From positions 189,857-253,856 of the forward strand of contig JAZKCY010000001.1 in the NCBI GenBank assembly GCA_040387855.1: 64,000 bases of DNA, written 5' to 3'. Positions 38,238 to 48,171 of this stretch are shown here, piece after piece. The position numbers and the translations under genes were made by a program. Source of the DNA: Patescibacteria group bacterium. Its GTDB lineage: Bacteria; Patescibacteriota; Minisyncoccia; Phycocordibacterales; JAKAEA01. Below the pieces are notes generated by a model, which did no database searches, was not told the origin of the DNA, and saw nothing but the letters and a program-made list of their open reading frames with translations. The first letter of the stretch is position 1, and the number at the start of each line of letters is the position of its first letter.

Positions 38238-38508
38238 TTCTCTATACGTACTCATGAACTATTATGTTTACATACTAGAGTGTGCAGATACAACACTATA
38301 TGTAGGTATAACTACTGATCTTACTCGAAGAGTACAAGAACATAATACATCACCAAAAGGAGCAAAATATACAAAAGCACGACGGCCTGTCGTGCTTTCG
38401 TATTTTGAAGAGTTTAAAAACAGAAGTGAAGCTTCAAAGCGGGAATATGAGCTCAAAAAAATGAAACGCGAGGAGAAGCTAAGACTCTTACAATCCAAGG
38501 CTCGCTAA
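38230..38508 (+). CDS. GIY-YIG nuclease-superfamily protein (UPF0213-like)
   Basis: YYVYILEC...LYVGITTDLTRRVQEHN fits GIY-YIG plus the conserved Arg/Glu/His/Asn positions. Confidence 0.7.
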   Translation: MHSSLYVLMNYYVYILECADTTLYVGITTDLTRRVQEHNTSPKGAKYTKARRPVVLSYFEEFKNRSEASKREYELKKMKREEKLRLLQSKAR

Positions 38509-39210
38509 AAATTGCTCAAGCTGGGGTCCTTCAATCTTTTTGTATTCACCAGGCTTTAGTGTGCCTAAAGAAATATTCATAACTCGAGTTCGTTTTAGAT
38601 CAATAACTTCATTGTGCATTGCTGAACACATTCGGCGGATCTGATGTTTCTTTCCTTCTGTAAGGGTGATTTTGAATGTGTCATCCCCAGTAACTGTTAC
38701 TTTACATTTCTTGGTTATATATCCTTCGATATCTACTCCCTTTTCCATATACTCTTTAAAGCTTGGGCGTAAATTATTTACTGTTTTAACTATGTATTCT
38801 TTATCGTGAACATACTCAGGATTCAATAGTCGATCAGTAATTCGTCCATCATTTGTAAGAATCAAAAGCCCTGAAGAGTTTTTATCAAGACGTCCAATAG
38901 GGAATACATCCTTCATGGGAACTACAGACTTAATGTCTTTTTCACCTTTTTGTGGTGAGTGCGTAATAATGCCTTTTGGCTTATTGTAAGCAAAATAAAC
39001 ATATGACTTTGGCTTTTGTCGTGAACTTACTTCCACTTCATCGCCTTCATCAACCTTATCTCCAAGTACGGCAAAACGGCCATTAATGAGAATTTTCTTT
39101 TGGGAAATCAATTTATCTGCATCTCGGCGTGTAGCCACACCTTTCCAAGCTAGATACTTATTGATTCGCATAGGGAACGTTGGTTCTTCCATAGGCCCGC
39201 AGTATAACAC
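38488..39210 (-). CDS. pseudouridine synthase of the RsuA/RluB family with an S4 domain
   Basis: N-terminal S4 RNA-binding domain and catalytic-Asp motif GRLDKNSSGLLILTNDG. Confidence 0.8.
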   Translation of the reverse strand: MLYCGPMEEPTFPMRINKYLAWKGVATRRDADKLISQKKILINGRFAVLGDKVDEGDEVEVSSRQKPKSYVYFAYNKPKGIITHSPQKGEKDIKSVVPMKDVFPIGRLDKNSSGLLILTNDGRITDRLLNPEYVHDKEYIVKTVNNLRPSFKEYMEKGVDIEGYITKKCKVTVTGDDTFKITLTEGKKHQIRRMCSAMHNEVIDLKRTRVMNISLGTLKPGEYKKIEGPQLEQFLASLGL

Positions 39211-39404
39211 ATTGACGAATTAAAGATAGTGTGGGTATTATATACTCATGAATACAATATTTAGTACGCCAACAGTGTTAGCTCATAATGGGGTAGATCA
39301 CAGTACGGAGCATGTTGCTGCTCCTATAGTACAACACAGCTTTTTTCAGCATAATTTCCATCTATTTCTCTTTGGAATTGCATTCGCCATTGTCCTCGCT
39401 GTAA

Positions 39405-40301
39405 TTATTTGGGGGAAGGAAGATACGGTAGTTCAACGATAAATTTTGTTCCAATCCCTGCCACACTTTCAATAGAGATATTTCCATTAAAATCTTTCTC
39501 AATAAATGTTTTAGTAGAAGATAGACCTAAGCCCATCCCTTTGTAGTGGGCTTTTGTTGTAAAAAAGGGATCAAAGATCTTCGAAACTAAACTGAGCGGT
39601 ATGCCAGTACCAAAATCTTTAATAGTTACTCTAAGATGTGAGTAATAGGAACTTAAAGAAATATAAATCACTTTTTTTGAAAAAGAGTTTTTACCATCAT
39701 ATGCATCTATTGCATTTGAGATAAGATTCGCGATAATTTGTTGAAATCTGATAGGATTTCCAAATAGCTCAGAGACTTTTTTAATTTTAGTTTGAAGATG
39801 CACTTCTGCTCTTCGGGCTTTGTATCCAAGCAATAAGAGAACATTCTCAAGTTCTTTTTGAGGACTAAATAGTATATTTGTATTTTGAAATGATAGTTGA
39901 TTCTGAAGCGCACAAATAATCTTTTGCGTTTGTGTACTTGCTGCTAGAGCTCTCTGTATGTACTTTTTGGTTTCTATGATTTGAAGATTTGCTGGATCTA
40001 ATTGATTAATATTGAGTGAAATAGCAGTTAAAGGATTTATAAGGTCATGAAAAATACCCGATGATATTTTACCAAACTCAGCAAATCTATAGAGCTGGGC
40101 TAACTTTTCTTGATGTAATACAGCTAATTCTTTTTCTTGATCTTTTATTTTTTGCTCTAATCTTAGTTGCTCAGTACGTAATCCACCTTCTGTTGTTGAG
40201 ACCGATAAAAATGACCCTAATGCTGCACGATTAAGCACCCATGCGATTGCAAGAATAATGAAAAGTATTAGACCAATAAAGTTTTCAATGGAGTAAAACA
40301 T
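39405..40301 (-). CDS. sensor histidine kinase (HisKA plus HATPase_c)
   Basis: N-terminal TM, H-box FHDLINPLTAI, N/G-box region ...DFGTGIP...GMGLGLS. Confidence 0.75.
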   Translation of the reverse strand: MFYSIENFIGLILFIILAIAWVLNRAALGSFLSVSTTEGGLRTEQLRLEQKIKDQEKELAVLHQEKLAQLYRFAEFGKISSGIFHDLINPLTAISLNINQLDPANLQIIETKKYIQRALAASTQTQKIICALQNQLSFQNTNILFSPQKELENVLLLLGYKARRAEVHLQTKIKKVSELFGNPIRFQQIIANLISNAIDAYDGKNSFSKKVIYISLSSYYSHLRVTIKDFGTGIPLSLVSKIFDPFFTTKAHYKGMGLGLSSTKTFIEKDFNGNISIESVAGIGTKFIVELPYLPSPK

Positions 40302-40391
40302 TGTCGACTGTAAGAAAGCTAAACCTCATTCGTTTCTAAACACAGATGGTTACATTCCATCAGTAATTATTACATTTTAAACAAAAACACT

Positions 40392-40688
40392 ATGGTGAAA
40401 AAAATAGCAGCTTTAAGTATATTGTCTCTCGCACTCGTTGTAGCAAACGTAGCAGGAGCTCAAACTCTTGATACAACAACAGGCGCGACAACAACAACCC
40501 AAACACAGGGGACTACAGGAACTGGAGTTGGAAGCGATTCATCAATGACAACAACTGATGCATCAGCTCCTGGACTACCAAATACTGGTACAGGTGCTAA
40601 TGCAGCTCTCAATGCAGCCCTTCTTCTTGCAACAGGAGTAGCCGCTGTAGCTGGAGTAGCATACCTTGTTCGACGAAAGACTGTGTAA
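40392..40688 (+). CDS. small LPXTG-anchored T/G-rich surface protein (sortase substrate)
   Basis: 98 aa with a signal peptide, a T/G-rich low-complexity region, and LPNTG followed by a hydrophobic stretch and RRK. Confidence 0.6.
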   Translation: MVKKIAALSILSLALVVANVAGAQTLDTTTGATTTTQTQGTTGTGVGSDSSMTTTDASAPGLPNTGTGANAALNAALLLATGVAAVAGVAYLVRRKTV

Positions 40689-40748
40689 TGTGCACCACTA
40701 TCTTGTGTAGCAAACCTCCATCATGGAGGTTTTGTTATAATCATATCT

Positions 40749-41354
40749 ATGAAGAATATAACATACATTCTTGTAGCGATTTTAACCCTTGCATGTGGCA
40801 CGATATTCATTCATACCTTAACTCGTGCATATATAGCTCCACCACGTGAAGAAGAGGTGGTGGTAATTGAACCTGTGACTCCTGCTACTCCAGCTCAACC
40901 TGATGCGATCACACCTGATAGATTACAAATTCCCGTACTACATGTAGATGCTCATGTGCAACATGTAGGGATGACTAAAAAAGGAACAATGTCTGTACCT
41001 TCAAATTACACGGATGTAGGATGGTATCGTCATGGTTCTATGCCAGGTGACAATGGGATAGCTGTTTTTGACGGGCATGTAGATAATGGCGTTGGACTTG
41101 CTGGTGTGTTTAAGCATCTCAAGACTCTTAAAGCAGGAGATGATATCTATATAGTAAATAAAGAAGGAAAGAAAATTCACTTTAAGGTAACGGGTATACA
41201 AGACTTTCCTCATGATACAAAAGATACAGCCTCTATATTTCAGACTACAGGAACTCCATCAATAAAGCTTATTACCTGTGAAGGGGAATGGAATAAAGAG
41301 TTGAAGACCTATATGCAACGATTAATAGTATCTGCAGAACTTGTTGCTAGTTAA
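40749..41354 (+). CDS. sortase-family transpeptidase
   Basis: N-terminal TM, a His in VFDGHV, and an active-site Cys in LITCEG (TLxTC). Confidence 0.65.
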   Translation: MKNITYILVAILTLACGTIFIHTLTRAYIAPPREEEVVVIEPVTPATPAQPDAITPDRLQIPVLHVDAHVQHVGMTKKGTMSVPSNYTDVGWYRHGSMPGDNGIAVFDGHVDNGVGLAGVFKHLKTLKAGDDIYIVNKEGKKIHFKVTGIQDFPHDTKDTASIFQTTGTPSIKLITCEGEWNKELKTYMQRLIVSAELVAS

Positions 41355-42026
41355 TTATACTGATTCTATTTTGTAGCCTCGACCTGGCAAGGTGTGAATG
41401 AGTTTGCATGTTTTATGTGTATCAACTTTCTTTCGTATATTTAAAATGTGAGCCTCGATTGTATTTGAGAATGGATCACTATCAGCATTCCACACATGTT
41501 CCATTATCATGCCACGTGATACAACATTGCCTCGATGTCGCATGAGATATTCCAAAAGAGAAAATTCTTTCCTCGTGAGATAAATTTCTTTGCTGTTACG
41601 TAATACTTTTTGTCGAGCCGTATCGATAGTGAGATCGGCAACTTTCAATATATCTGCTTCTATATGTAGGGGGCGACGGAGTAGTGCTCGGATTCGCGCG
41701 AGCAATTCTTTAAATGAGAATGGTTTTATAAGATAGTCATCTGCTCCTGAATTGAGAAGTCGCACTTTTTCTTGAATATCACTGAGGACGGTGAGCATTA
41801 TAATCGGAGTTGTTTTGCCAGATGCTCTAATTTCAGTACATACCGTATGTCCATCTTTTTTAGGTAATGCCAAATCTAAGATGATCGTATCGTATTCATT
41901 TGTACGAGCTACATATGATCCCTTCTCACCATCACTTACGGCATCTACTATATAACCTTCAGATTCTAATGCTGCTTTTAAAAATTCCTGAATATTCACA
42001 TCGTCTTCAATAAGTAGTATTCGCAT
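41355..42026 (-). CDS. OmpR-family response regulator
   Basis: A REC domain (MRILLIEDD...D...K) is followed by a winged-helix trans_reg_C domain (LTRKEFSLLEYLMRH...GRGYK). Confidence 0.85.
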   Translation of the reverse strand: MRILLIEDDVNIQEFLKAALESEGYIVDAVSDGEKGSYVARTNEYDTIILDLALPKKDGHTVCTEIRASGKTTPIIMLTVLSDIQEKVRLLNSGADDYLIKPFSFKELLARIRALLRRPLHIEADILKVADLTIDTARQKVLRNSKEIYLTRKEFSLLEYLMRHRGNVVSRGMIMEHVWNADSDPFSNTIEAHILNIRKKVDTHKTCKLIHTLPGRGYKIESV

Positions 42027-42342
42027 AGTGATGAGTTATTATGAGGTCATTATTACAGAACTTTAGAAATCACAAAGCGTAGATAGGGGATGGACCTTCA
42101 TAATTTATTCATGTTATCCACAGAACTCATCAGTATTATCATTACAATACAGAAGATAAAACTAATCTAGACTAAGAAAATAGTCGAATCCTAGCTGTTT
42201 TTGAGGCTCAGGGGGTTTACATGGCCCCAAGCTTGTTACATGTTCAAGAAAAATGGTTGTTTGCTCATCTATGCACTCGATTTCTAATGTAAAATGAGAT
42301 ACGTTTTTAAAGTTATTAATTAGAAGATAGTCGCTATAGCTT

Positions 42343-45027
42343 ATGAGTATATCCATCACCACATACGACGGTACAAAAGTTCCGTTTAATGCAGATAAGA
42401 TTAACCGTTCTATTGAACGAGCATGTTTCGGTCTTACCGATCCTGTTGCAATGGTAACCCAGATTGCAACCGAAACACGTCTTACGCTCTATGATGGTAT
42501 TACAACAGAAGAACTTGATCAGGCGACGATCAACGCTGCTGTTCAAAATATCAAAGAAGATATTGAATACGATAAAGTTGCGACACGACTTCTTCTAAAA
42601 ACTGTCTATCGAAAAGTTATTGGTGAATGTAATTGGGATGATGCAGATGAACTTAAGCAAAAACATCGTGATGGATTTGTTGCTTATATCAAGCGAGGAA
42701 TTGCTGCCAATCGACTCCACAAGAATATGGAGGAAAAGTATGATCTTGAAGAACTAGCAAACTACCTCAAAATAGAGCGAGATCAAATCTTTATGTATGC
42801 TGGAGTAGACGGTCTTTTAAATCGATACGGATTGAAAGATATGAAACAGCAGCCTTTGGAAACTCCGCAGTATCTTTTTATGCGTATTGCTATGGGGCTC
42901 TCATACAATGAGAAGAATCCTACAGAAATGGCAAAGAAGTTTTATAACAAGATGTCAAAGCATGAATATCTTGCTGGAGGCTCAACAAATCTTGGAGCCG
43001 GAACAACTCGACCTGCACTCTCAAACTGCTTTCTCCTTGAAATGCACGATGATATGGAACACATCGCAAAATCAGTATCTGATGTGATGCTTCTTTCAAA
43101 AGGGTCTGGGGGAATTGGATTATCTATTACAAAGCTTCGAGCAGCGGGTTCTCCATTGAAGTCAAACTTCGGAGGAGTTTCAACTGGTCCAACACCATTT
43201 GCAAAAATTATTGATACAGCTATTCGAGCTATTCAGCGAGGTGGAAAGAAGAAAGGTGCTCTTTGTTTCTATATGGAAAACTGGCATTTGGATTTTCCAG
43301 AATTTCTTGATTGGAAGCATAATGCAGGAGACGATTATCTCCGAATGCGAACTGCCAACACTTCAGTATTCATGACTGACGAATTCATGAAGCGAGTAGA
43401 GCGAAATGATGATTGGTATATGTTTGACCCTGCAGATGCAGCAGATCTCAATGAACTCTATGGCGCAGCATTTACAAAACGCTATGCAGAATATATTGCT
43501 ATGGCAGATGCTGGTAAAATGCGAACCTATAAAAAGGTGCCAGCACGTGAACAATTCCGACAGATTCTTGTGATGCTTCAGACTACATCTCATCCTTGGC
43601 TCACTTGGAAAGATACTATCAACCTTCGCGCGCTCAACAACAACACCGGTACTATTCACATGAGTAATTTGTGTACTGAAATTTGTTTGCCTCAGGATCG
43701 AGATAATGTAGCGGTATGTAATCTTGCATCATTGAATCTTGCCGCACATATTAATGGAAAAGAAATAAATTGGATGAAGCTTGAGGATTCAGTTCGAATG
43801 GCAATCCGACAGCTTGATAACCTTATTGATATCAACATACTTCCTATTAAAGAAGCTGTTAAGTCTGACAAAGAAAACCGAGCTGTTGGTCTTGGCGTGA
43901 TGGGATTCTCAGATACTATTGAGCAATTGGGTCTTTCATATGATTCAGAACATGCCTGGGATTTTGCTGATCGAATTTTTGAATTCGTAAGCTATATGGC
44001 AATTGACGAATCAGCAAATCTTGCAGCAGAACGAGGGAGTTATACAAACTTCCAGGGATCTGGATGGTCACAAGGAATGGTGCCTATCGATAGTATTGCA
44101 CGCGTAGAAGCAGACCGAGGACGAAAGCTTACCGTGACTCGAGAAAGTAAACATAAAGGATTAAATTGGGATATTCTCCGGGCAAAGGTAAAGAAGGGAA
44201 TGCGAAATGCAACATTAATGGCCGTTGCTCCAAATGCAAACATTGGTCTTGTTGCAGGAACTACACCAGGTATTGACCCAAGATTTGCTCAAATCTTTTC
44301 ACGAAATAAAATTTCAGGAAAGTATGTTGATATCAACCACAACTTGGTGAAGGATCTTAAAAACATGGGTATTTGGGATAAAGTTAAAGGAGAAATTATT
44401 GTTCATCAGGGAGATATTTCTGGCATCAATGGAATTCCTCAGCACATTAAAGATATCTATAAGACTTCGTTCACTACATCACCATACGCATTCATTGAAG
44501 TTGCAGCGCGAGCTCAAAAGTGGGTAGATCAGGCACTTTCACGAAACATGTATCTTGAAACTCGAGACATCGATGAAACTATGCGAATCTATCAGACTGC
44601 TTGGGACAAGGGAGTAAAGACTACATACTACTTGCACATGAAGCCTCGACACACTGCAGAGCAAAGTACTACATCAGTTAATAAGGCAGCAGTTATGGGC
44701 AAAGTTGGATTCGGTGCACTACGAGCAAAAGCTGTTACTCAAGAATCAGCCCCTGCTGGATTCTCATCACCACTTCAGAAGACGTTTGATATCCCTTCAC
44801 CAGTTTCAGTCGAAGTTGCTGCAGGTCAGATGAGTTTGGGAGCTCAACCAACCCCTGTTGCGGTAGCTGCAACTCCTGCTGTAGAAAAAACTGAAACAGA
44901 ACGACCTAAAGCAGCACCTGCAGCATCAACACACGATGCACCAAAGCCAAAAGGATTTGTATCATTAGAAAATTTGAAGGCAGGAATGTCGACAGAAAAG
45001 AAGGATGGTAATGAAAAGAAATCATAA
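42343..45027 (+). CDS. nrdA: class I ribonucleotide reductase alpha subunit with an N-terminal ATP-cone and an atypical ~130-aa Ala/Pro/Thr/Val-rich C-terminal extension
   Basis: ATP-cone at the N-terminus and the active-site NLCTEI motif. The C-terminal 130 aa are low complexity and contain no Cys. Confidence 0.9.
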   Translation: MSISITTYDGTKVPFNADKINRSIERACFGLTDPVAMVTQIATETRLTLYDGITTEELDQATINAAVQNIKEDIEYDKVATRLLLKTVYRKVIGECNWDDADELKQKHRDGFVAYIKRGIAANRLHKNMEEKYDLEELANYLKIERDQIFMYAGVDGLLNRYGLKDMKQQPLETPQYLFMRIAMGLSYNEKNPTEMAKKFYNKMSKHEYLAGGSTNLGAGTTRPALSNCFLLEMHDDMEHIAKSVSDVMLLSKGSGGIGLSITKLRAAGSPLKSNFGGVSTGPTPFAKIIDTAIRAIQRGGKKKGALCFYMENWHLDFPEFLDWKHNAGDDYLRMRTANTSVFMTDEFMKRVERNDDWYMFDPADAADLNELYGAAFTKRYAEYIAMADAGKMRTYKKVPAREQFRQILVMLQTTSHPWLTWKDTINLRALNNNTGTIHMSNLCTEICLPQDRDNVAVCNLASLNLAAHINGKEINWMKLEDSVRMAIRQLDNLIDINILPIKEAVKSDKENRAVGLGVMGFSDTIEQLGLSYDSEHAWDFADRIFEFVSYMAIDESANLAAERGSYTNFQGSGWSQGMVPIDSIARVEADRGRKLTVTRESKHKGLNWDILRAKVKKGMRNATLMAVAPNANIGLVAGTTPGIDPRFAQIFSRNKISGKYVDINHNLVKDLKNMGIWDKVKGEIIVHQGDISGINGIPQHIKDIYKTSFTTSPYAFIEVAARAQKWVDQALSRNMYLETRDIDETMRIYQTAWDKGVKTTYYLHMKPRHTAEQSTTSVNKAAVMGKVGFGALRAKAVTQESAPAGFSSPLQKTFDIPSPVSVEVAAGQMSLGAQPTPVAVAATPAVEKTETERPKAAPAASTHDAPKPKGFVSLENLKAGMSTEKKDGNEKKS

Positions 45028-45050
45028 TTATTAATTAGTAGATAAAATCT

Positions 45051-46097
45051 ATGGCACTCATTGGAAAAGCATCACCAGAAGATATGAATCTCCACCCATT
45101 TCATTACAAATGGGCATACGATTTATACAATCAGGCAGTTCGAAACACTTGGTTCCCACACGAAATTGCACTTAAAGAAGATCTCGACGATTGGGAAAAA
45201 ATGACAGAAGACGAACAGCATGCTGTGAAGTTCTTGATGGCATTCTTCAACCCTGCTGAGCTTATTGTGAATCGATCTATTGCTCTTGGAGTGTATCCAT
45301 ACTTGAAGTCTCCTGAATGTCACTTGTATCTTGCAAAGCAGATGTGGGAAGAAGCAAACCACTGTGTGGCGTTCGAATATGTACTTGAAACATTTCCATT
45401 TGATCGAGAAAAGATTTTCAATACTCACCTTGAAGTACCATCAATGGTTGCTAAAGAAGGCTTCATCAACAAATACATGAAGCGAATGATGGATGAAAAC
45501 CTTGATATTGAAACAGTAGAAGGGAAGAAAGATTTCATCCGAAACCTCGTTGCAACAAACATTGTGATGGAAGGTATTTGGTTCTACTCAGGATTCATGG
45601 TTGCTCTCTCATTCCGACAGCGAAATCAGCTTCGAAATTTTGGTTCTATGATCAACTGGGTGATCCGAGACGAATCACTACACCTTAAATTCGGTATGAA
45701 CCTTGTTCATAATATTCTTGAAGAAAATCAGGAACTTCTCACTGAAGAATTTGCAGAAGAAATCAGAAATATTGTTATCGAAGGAGTGGATCTTGAAACC
45801 ACATACAACAAAGATTTGTTCCCAAATGGAATTCTTGGATTGAATGCTGATTACGTAAACCAGTATGTACAATATGTTGCAGATCGACGATTGGAAGAGC
45901 TTGGACTTCCAAAGCATTACAACGCAACTAATCCCGCAAAGTGGATGAGTACAGCAACTGATGTATTTGAACTTGTGAACTTCTTTGAAGCACAAAATAC
46001 TAGTTATGAAGTGGATGCACGAGCTCATAGTTCAAAGAAAGAAGAGAAAGCAGCGATACCAGCTCCAGAAGTACAGGCGACTCCTATAGCTGAGTAA
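45051..46097 (+). CDS. nrdB: ribonucleotide reductase beta subunit (ferritin-like di-metal/tyrosyl radical protein)
   Basis: EEANHCVAFEY and EGIWFYSGF motifs (ExxH ligands); adjacent to nrdA. Confidence 0.85.
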   Translation: MALIGKASPEDMNLHPFHYKWAYDLYNQAVRNTWFPHEIALKEDLDDWEKMTEDEQHAVKFLMAFFNPAELIVNRSIALGVYPYLKSPECHLYLAKQMWEEANHCVAFEYVLETFPFDREKIFNTHLEVPSMVAKEGFINKYMKRMMDENLDIETVEGKKDFIRNLVATNIVMEGIWFYSGFMVALSFRQRNQLRNFGSMINWVIRDESLHLKFGMNLVHNILEENQELLTEEFAEEIRNIVIEGVDLETTYNKDLFPNGILGLNADYVNQYVQYVADRRLEELGLPKHYNATNPAKWMSTATDVFELVNFFEAQNTSYEVDARAHSSKKEEKAAIPAPEVQATPIAE

Positions 46098-46117
46098 TAT
46101 TAAAACTGTGTGAAGCA

Positions 46118-46165
46118 CTATAAAACCCCTTATGTAAAGGGGTTTTATAGTATTGCTTTTTTGCA
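46118..46165 (+). terminator. intrinsic terminator after nrdB
   Basis: CTATAAAACCCCTT-ATGTAA-AGGGGTTTTATAG followed by TTGCTTTTTTG. Confidence 0.5.
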
Positions 46166-46472
46166 TAAATATGATATAATACTAGTTATCGTGAAAAAAG
46201 TATTATTCTTTTTATTGATGCCGATCTATATCCCGCTTTCATTATTCTTGAACGCGACATTTGATTGGTGGATGAAGTTGAGTGAGTAATCTCACTTTGC
46301 TATACTGTACTTACTAATTTCCAACTCCCATGCTTATTTCAAACACAATCTCTACCTGGTCAGGATTTGCCGCTACAATCTTTCACGTCTAACGCGAGAG
46401 GGATTTCATATACAGCAATGTACAGAAACCGCCTCTATGCGGTTTTTTGTTATTTATTTTTCTACTCATCCA

Positions 46473-47312
46473 ATGTCTACTTCACAATCAATTCCAAATA
46501 TTCAAGCACTTGTACAAGCTTGCAATGAATTACATATTTCTTATTCGTTTTATGACAGTAATCACAATTTTGTAGGTCTCAATGTAAAAAAGCCTTCGTA
46601 TTTTGCTAATGCATCAACACCACTCAATGATGAATCAGTCTCAAAAATTTGCAAAGACAAGGAGTTTACATTCAAACTTGTTGGTACCATAGTACGTATG
46701 CCAAAGACCTTGGGATTTGTAAATCCGTTGTGTGATCCTCAGTATCAAAAATATGTGCAATATGATTCATATGCTGCTATAGCTTCAAAGATAGAAAAAG
46801 AATTCACGTATCCGCTAATTATAAAAATGAACTCCGGGTCGAGGGGTGCAAATATATATAAGTGCCATAATAAACAAGATGTGCTCAAAGCGCTTGCAAT
46901 AATCTATAATAAACAATCGTTCCAGTATGACTATATTGCATTAGCTCAGGAATATATTAGTATTGCACGTGAGTTTAGAGTAATTATATTTAATAAAAAA
47001 GTTGTACTAGTGTATGAAAAGGACTTTAGTAAGGCTCAGTTTGTAGGTAATATAAGTCCATTTCATCAAGAAAATGCTCGAGCTTTGCATATAACTGACT
47101 CTGTATTGGTAACCAAACTACAAAACTTCATAGATCCGTTATTTAGTAGATTAGATGTTATGTTTGCGGGTCTAGATATAGTTTTAGATAAGGATGGAGA
47201 CTGTTGCATGATAGAATTAAACTCAAAACCAGGTTTTGAATATTTCGTAAGAGATAATGGATATTCTGCACTCGTTGATGTATATAAGAAAATAATAAGC
47301 TACCTGAAATAA
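46473..47312 (+). CDS. ATP-grasp family protein (RimK/glutathione synthetase-like), hypothetical
   Basis: An ATP-grasp-like fold pattern is suggested (ELNSKPG). The start is placed at MSTSQ because the upstream ATG at 46437 sits inside a terminator hairpin. Confidence 0.4.
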   Translation: MSTSQSIPNIQALVQACNELHISYSFYDSNHNFVGLNVKKPSYFANASTPLNDESVSKICKDKEFTFKLVGTIVRMPKTLGFVNPLCDPQYQKYVQYDSYAAIASKIEKEFTYPLIIKMNSGSRGANIYKCHNKQDVLKALAIIYNKQSFQYDYIALAQEYISIAREFRVIIFNKKVVLVYEKDFSKAQFVGNISPFHQENARALHITDSVLVTKLQNFIDPLFSRLDVMFAGLDIVLDKDGDCCMIELNSKPGFEYFVRDNGYSALVDVYKKIISYLK

Positions 47313-47313
47313 C

Positions 47314-48162
47314 ATGGCACACATATTAAATGGAAAAGAGGTGCGGGATATCATACGCAATGACTTGAAAGAGCAGGTTGCTCATTTTGCTACCAAGCCA
47401 ACACTTGCAATTATTCAAGTGGGTGACAGACCTGATTCAAATGTCTATATTCGCCAGAAAAAACTTTTTGCGGAAGCTATTGGAGCTAAGGTGATTCATA
47501 ATGTTTTTCCAGAAACTGTTACCCAAGAAGAACTTGTATCGACAATAGAACTCTACAATCAGGATATATCTGTGCATGGGATTTTATTACAACTACCGTT
47601 CCCACAGCATCTCAATAAAGAAGATTTGCTTGAAAAAATAGTTGCAGTGAAAGATGTGGACGGGCTTACTGCTGCAAATATAAAAGCTCTTTTTGATGAG
47701 ACAGGACGGGGGCATATTGCAGCAACTGCTCGGGGAATCATCTCACTCTTAGATTTTGCAAAAATAGACCTCAAGGGAAAAAATGTTGTTATGATTGGAC
47801 GGTCTTCACTTGTAGGAAAGCCCACAGCACTTGCTTGTATGCATCGCGATGCAACGGTTACTATTGCTCATAAGCACACCCAAGAATTAGAGAAAATCAC
47901 ACAAAATGCTGATATCATAATTGTTGCTATTGGTGATCCTGAATTTATAACTCAAAAATATGTGCGCCAAGGACAGATTGTTATTGATGTTGGTATAAAT
48001 GAGATTGAACGTGATGGAAAGCAAAAATTGGTTGGAGATGTAAAATTTGAAGAGGTTGAAAAAATGGTAGATATAATTACTCCCGTACCCGGGGGAGTCG
48101 GGCCGATGACAGTAGCTTCACTTTTCCAAAATCTAATAGATGCGTATACTAGATTAAAATAA
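47314..48162 (+). CDS. folD: bifunctional methylenetetrahydrofolate dehydrogenase/cyclohydrolase
   Basis: 282 aa with ...KKLFAEAIGAKV... at the N-terminus and the NAD(P) site GRSSLVGKP...PVPGGVGPMTVA. Confidence 0.9.
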   Translation: MAHILNGKEVRDIIRNDLKEQVAHFATKPTLAIIQVGDRPDSNVYIRQKKLFAEAIGAKVIHNVFPETVTQEELVSTIELYNQDISVHGILLQLPFPQHLNKEDLLEKIVAVKDVDGLTAANIKALFDETGRGHIAATARGIISLLDFAKIDLKGKNVVMIGRSSLVGKPTALACMHRDATVTIAHKHTQELEKITQNADIIIVAIGDPEFITQKYVRQGQIVIDVGINEIERDGKQKLVGDVKFEEVEKMVDIITPVPGGVGPMTVASLFQNLIDAYTRLK

Positions 48163-48171
48163 TTTATATTT

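Noticed and set aside
45123-46028. Antisense ORFs of 101 and 116 aa within nrdB
   Set aside because: Opposite-strand shadow ORFs inside a well-supported conserved gene.
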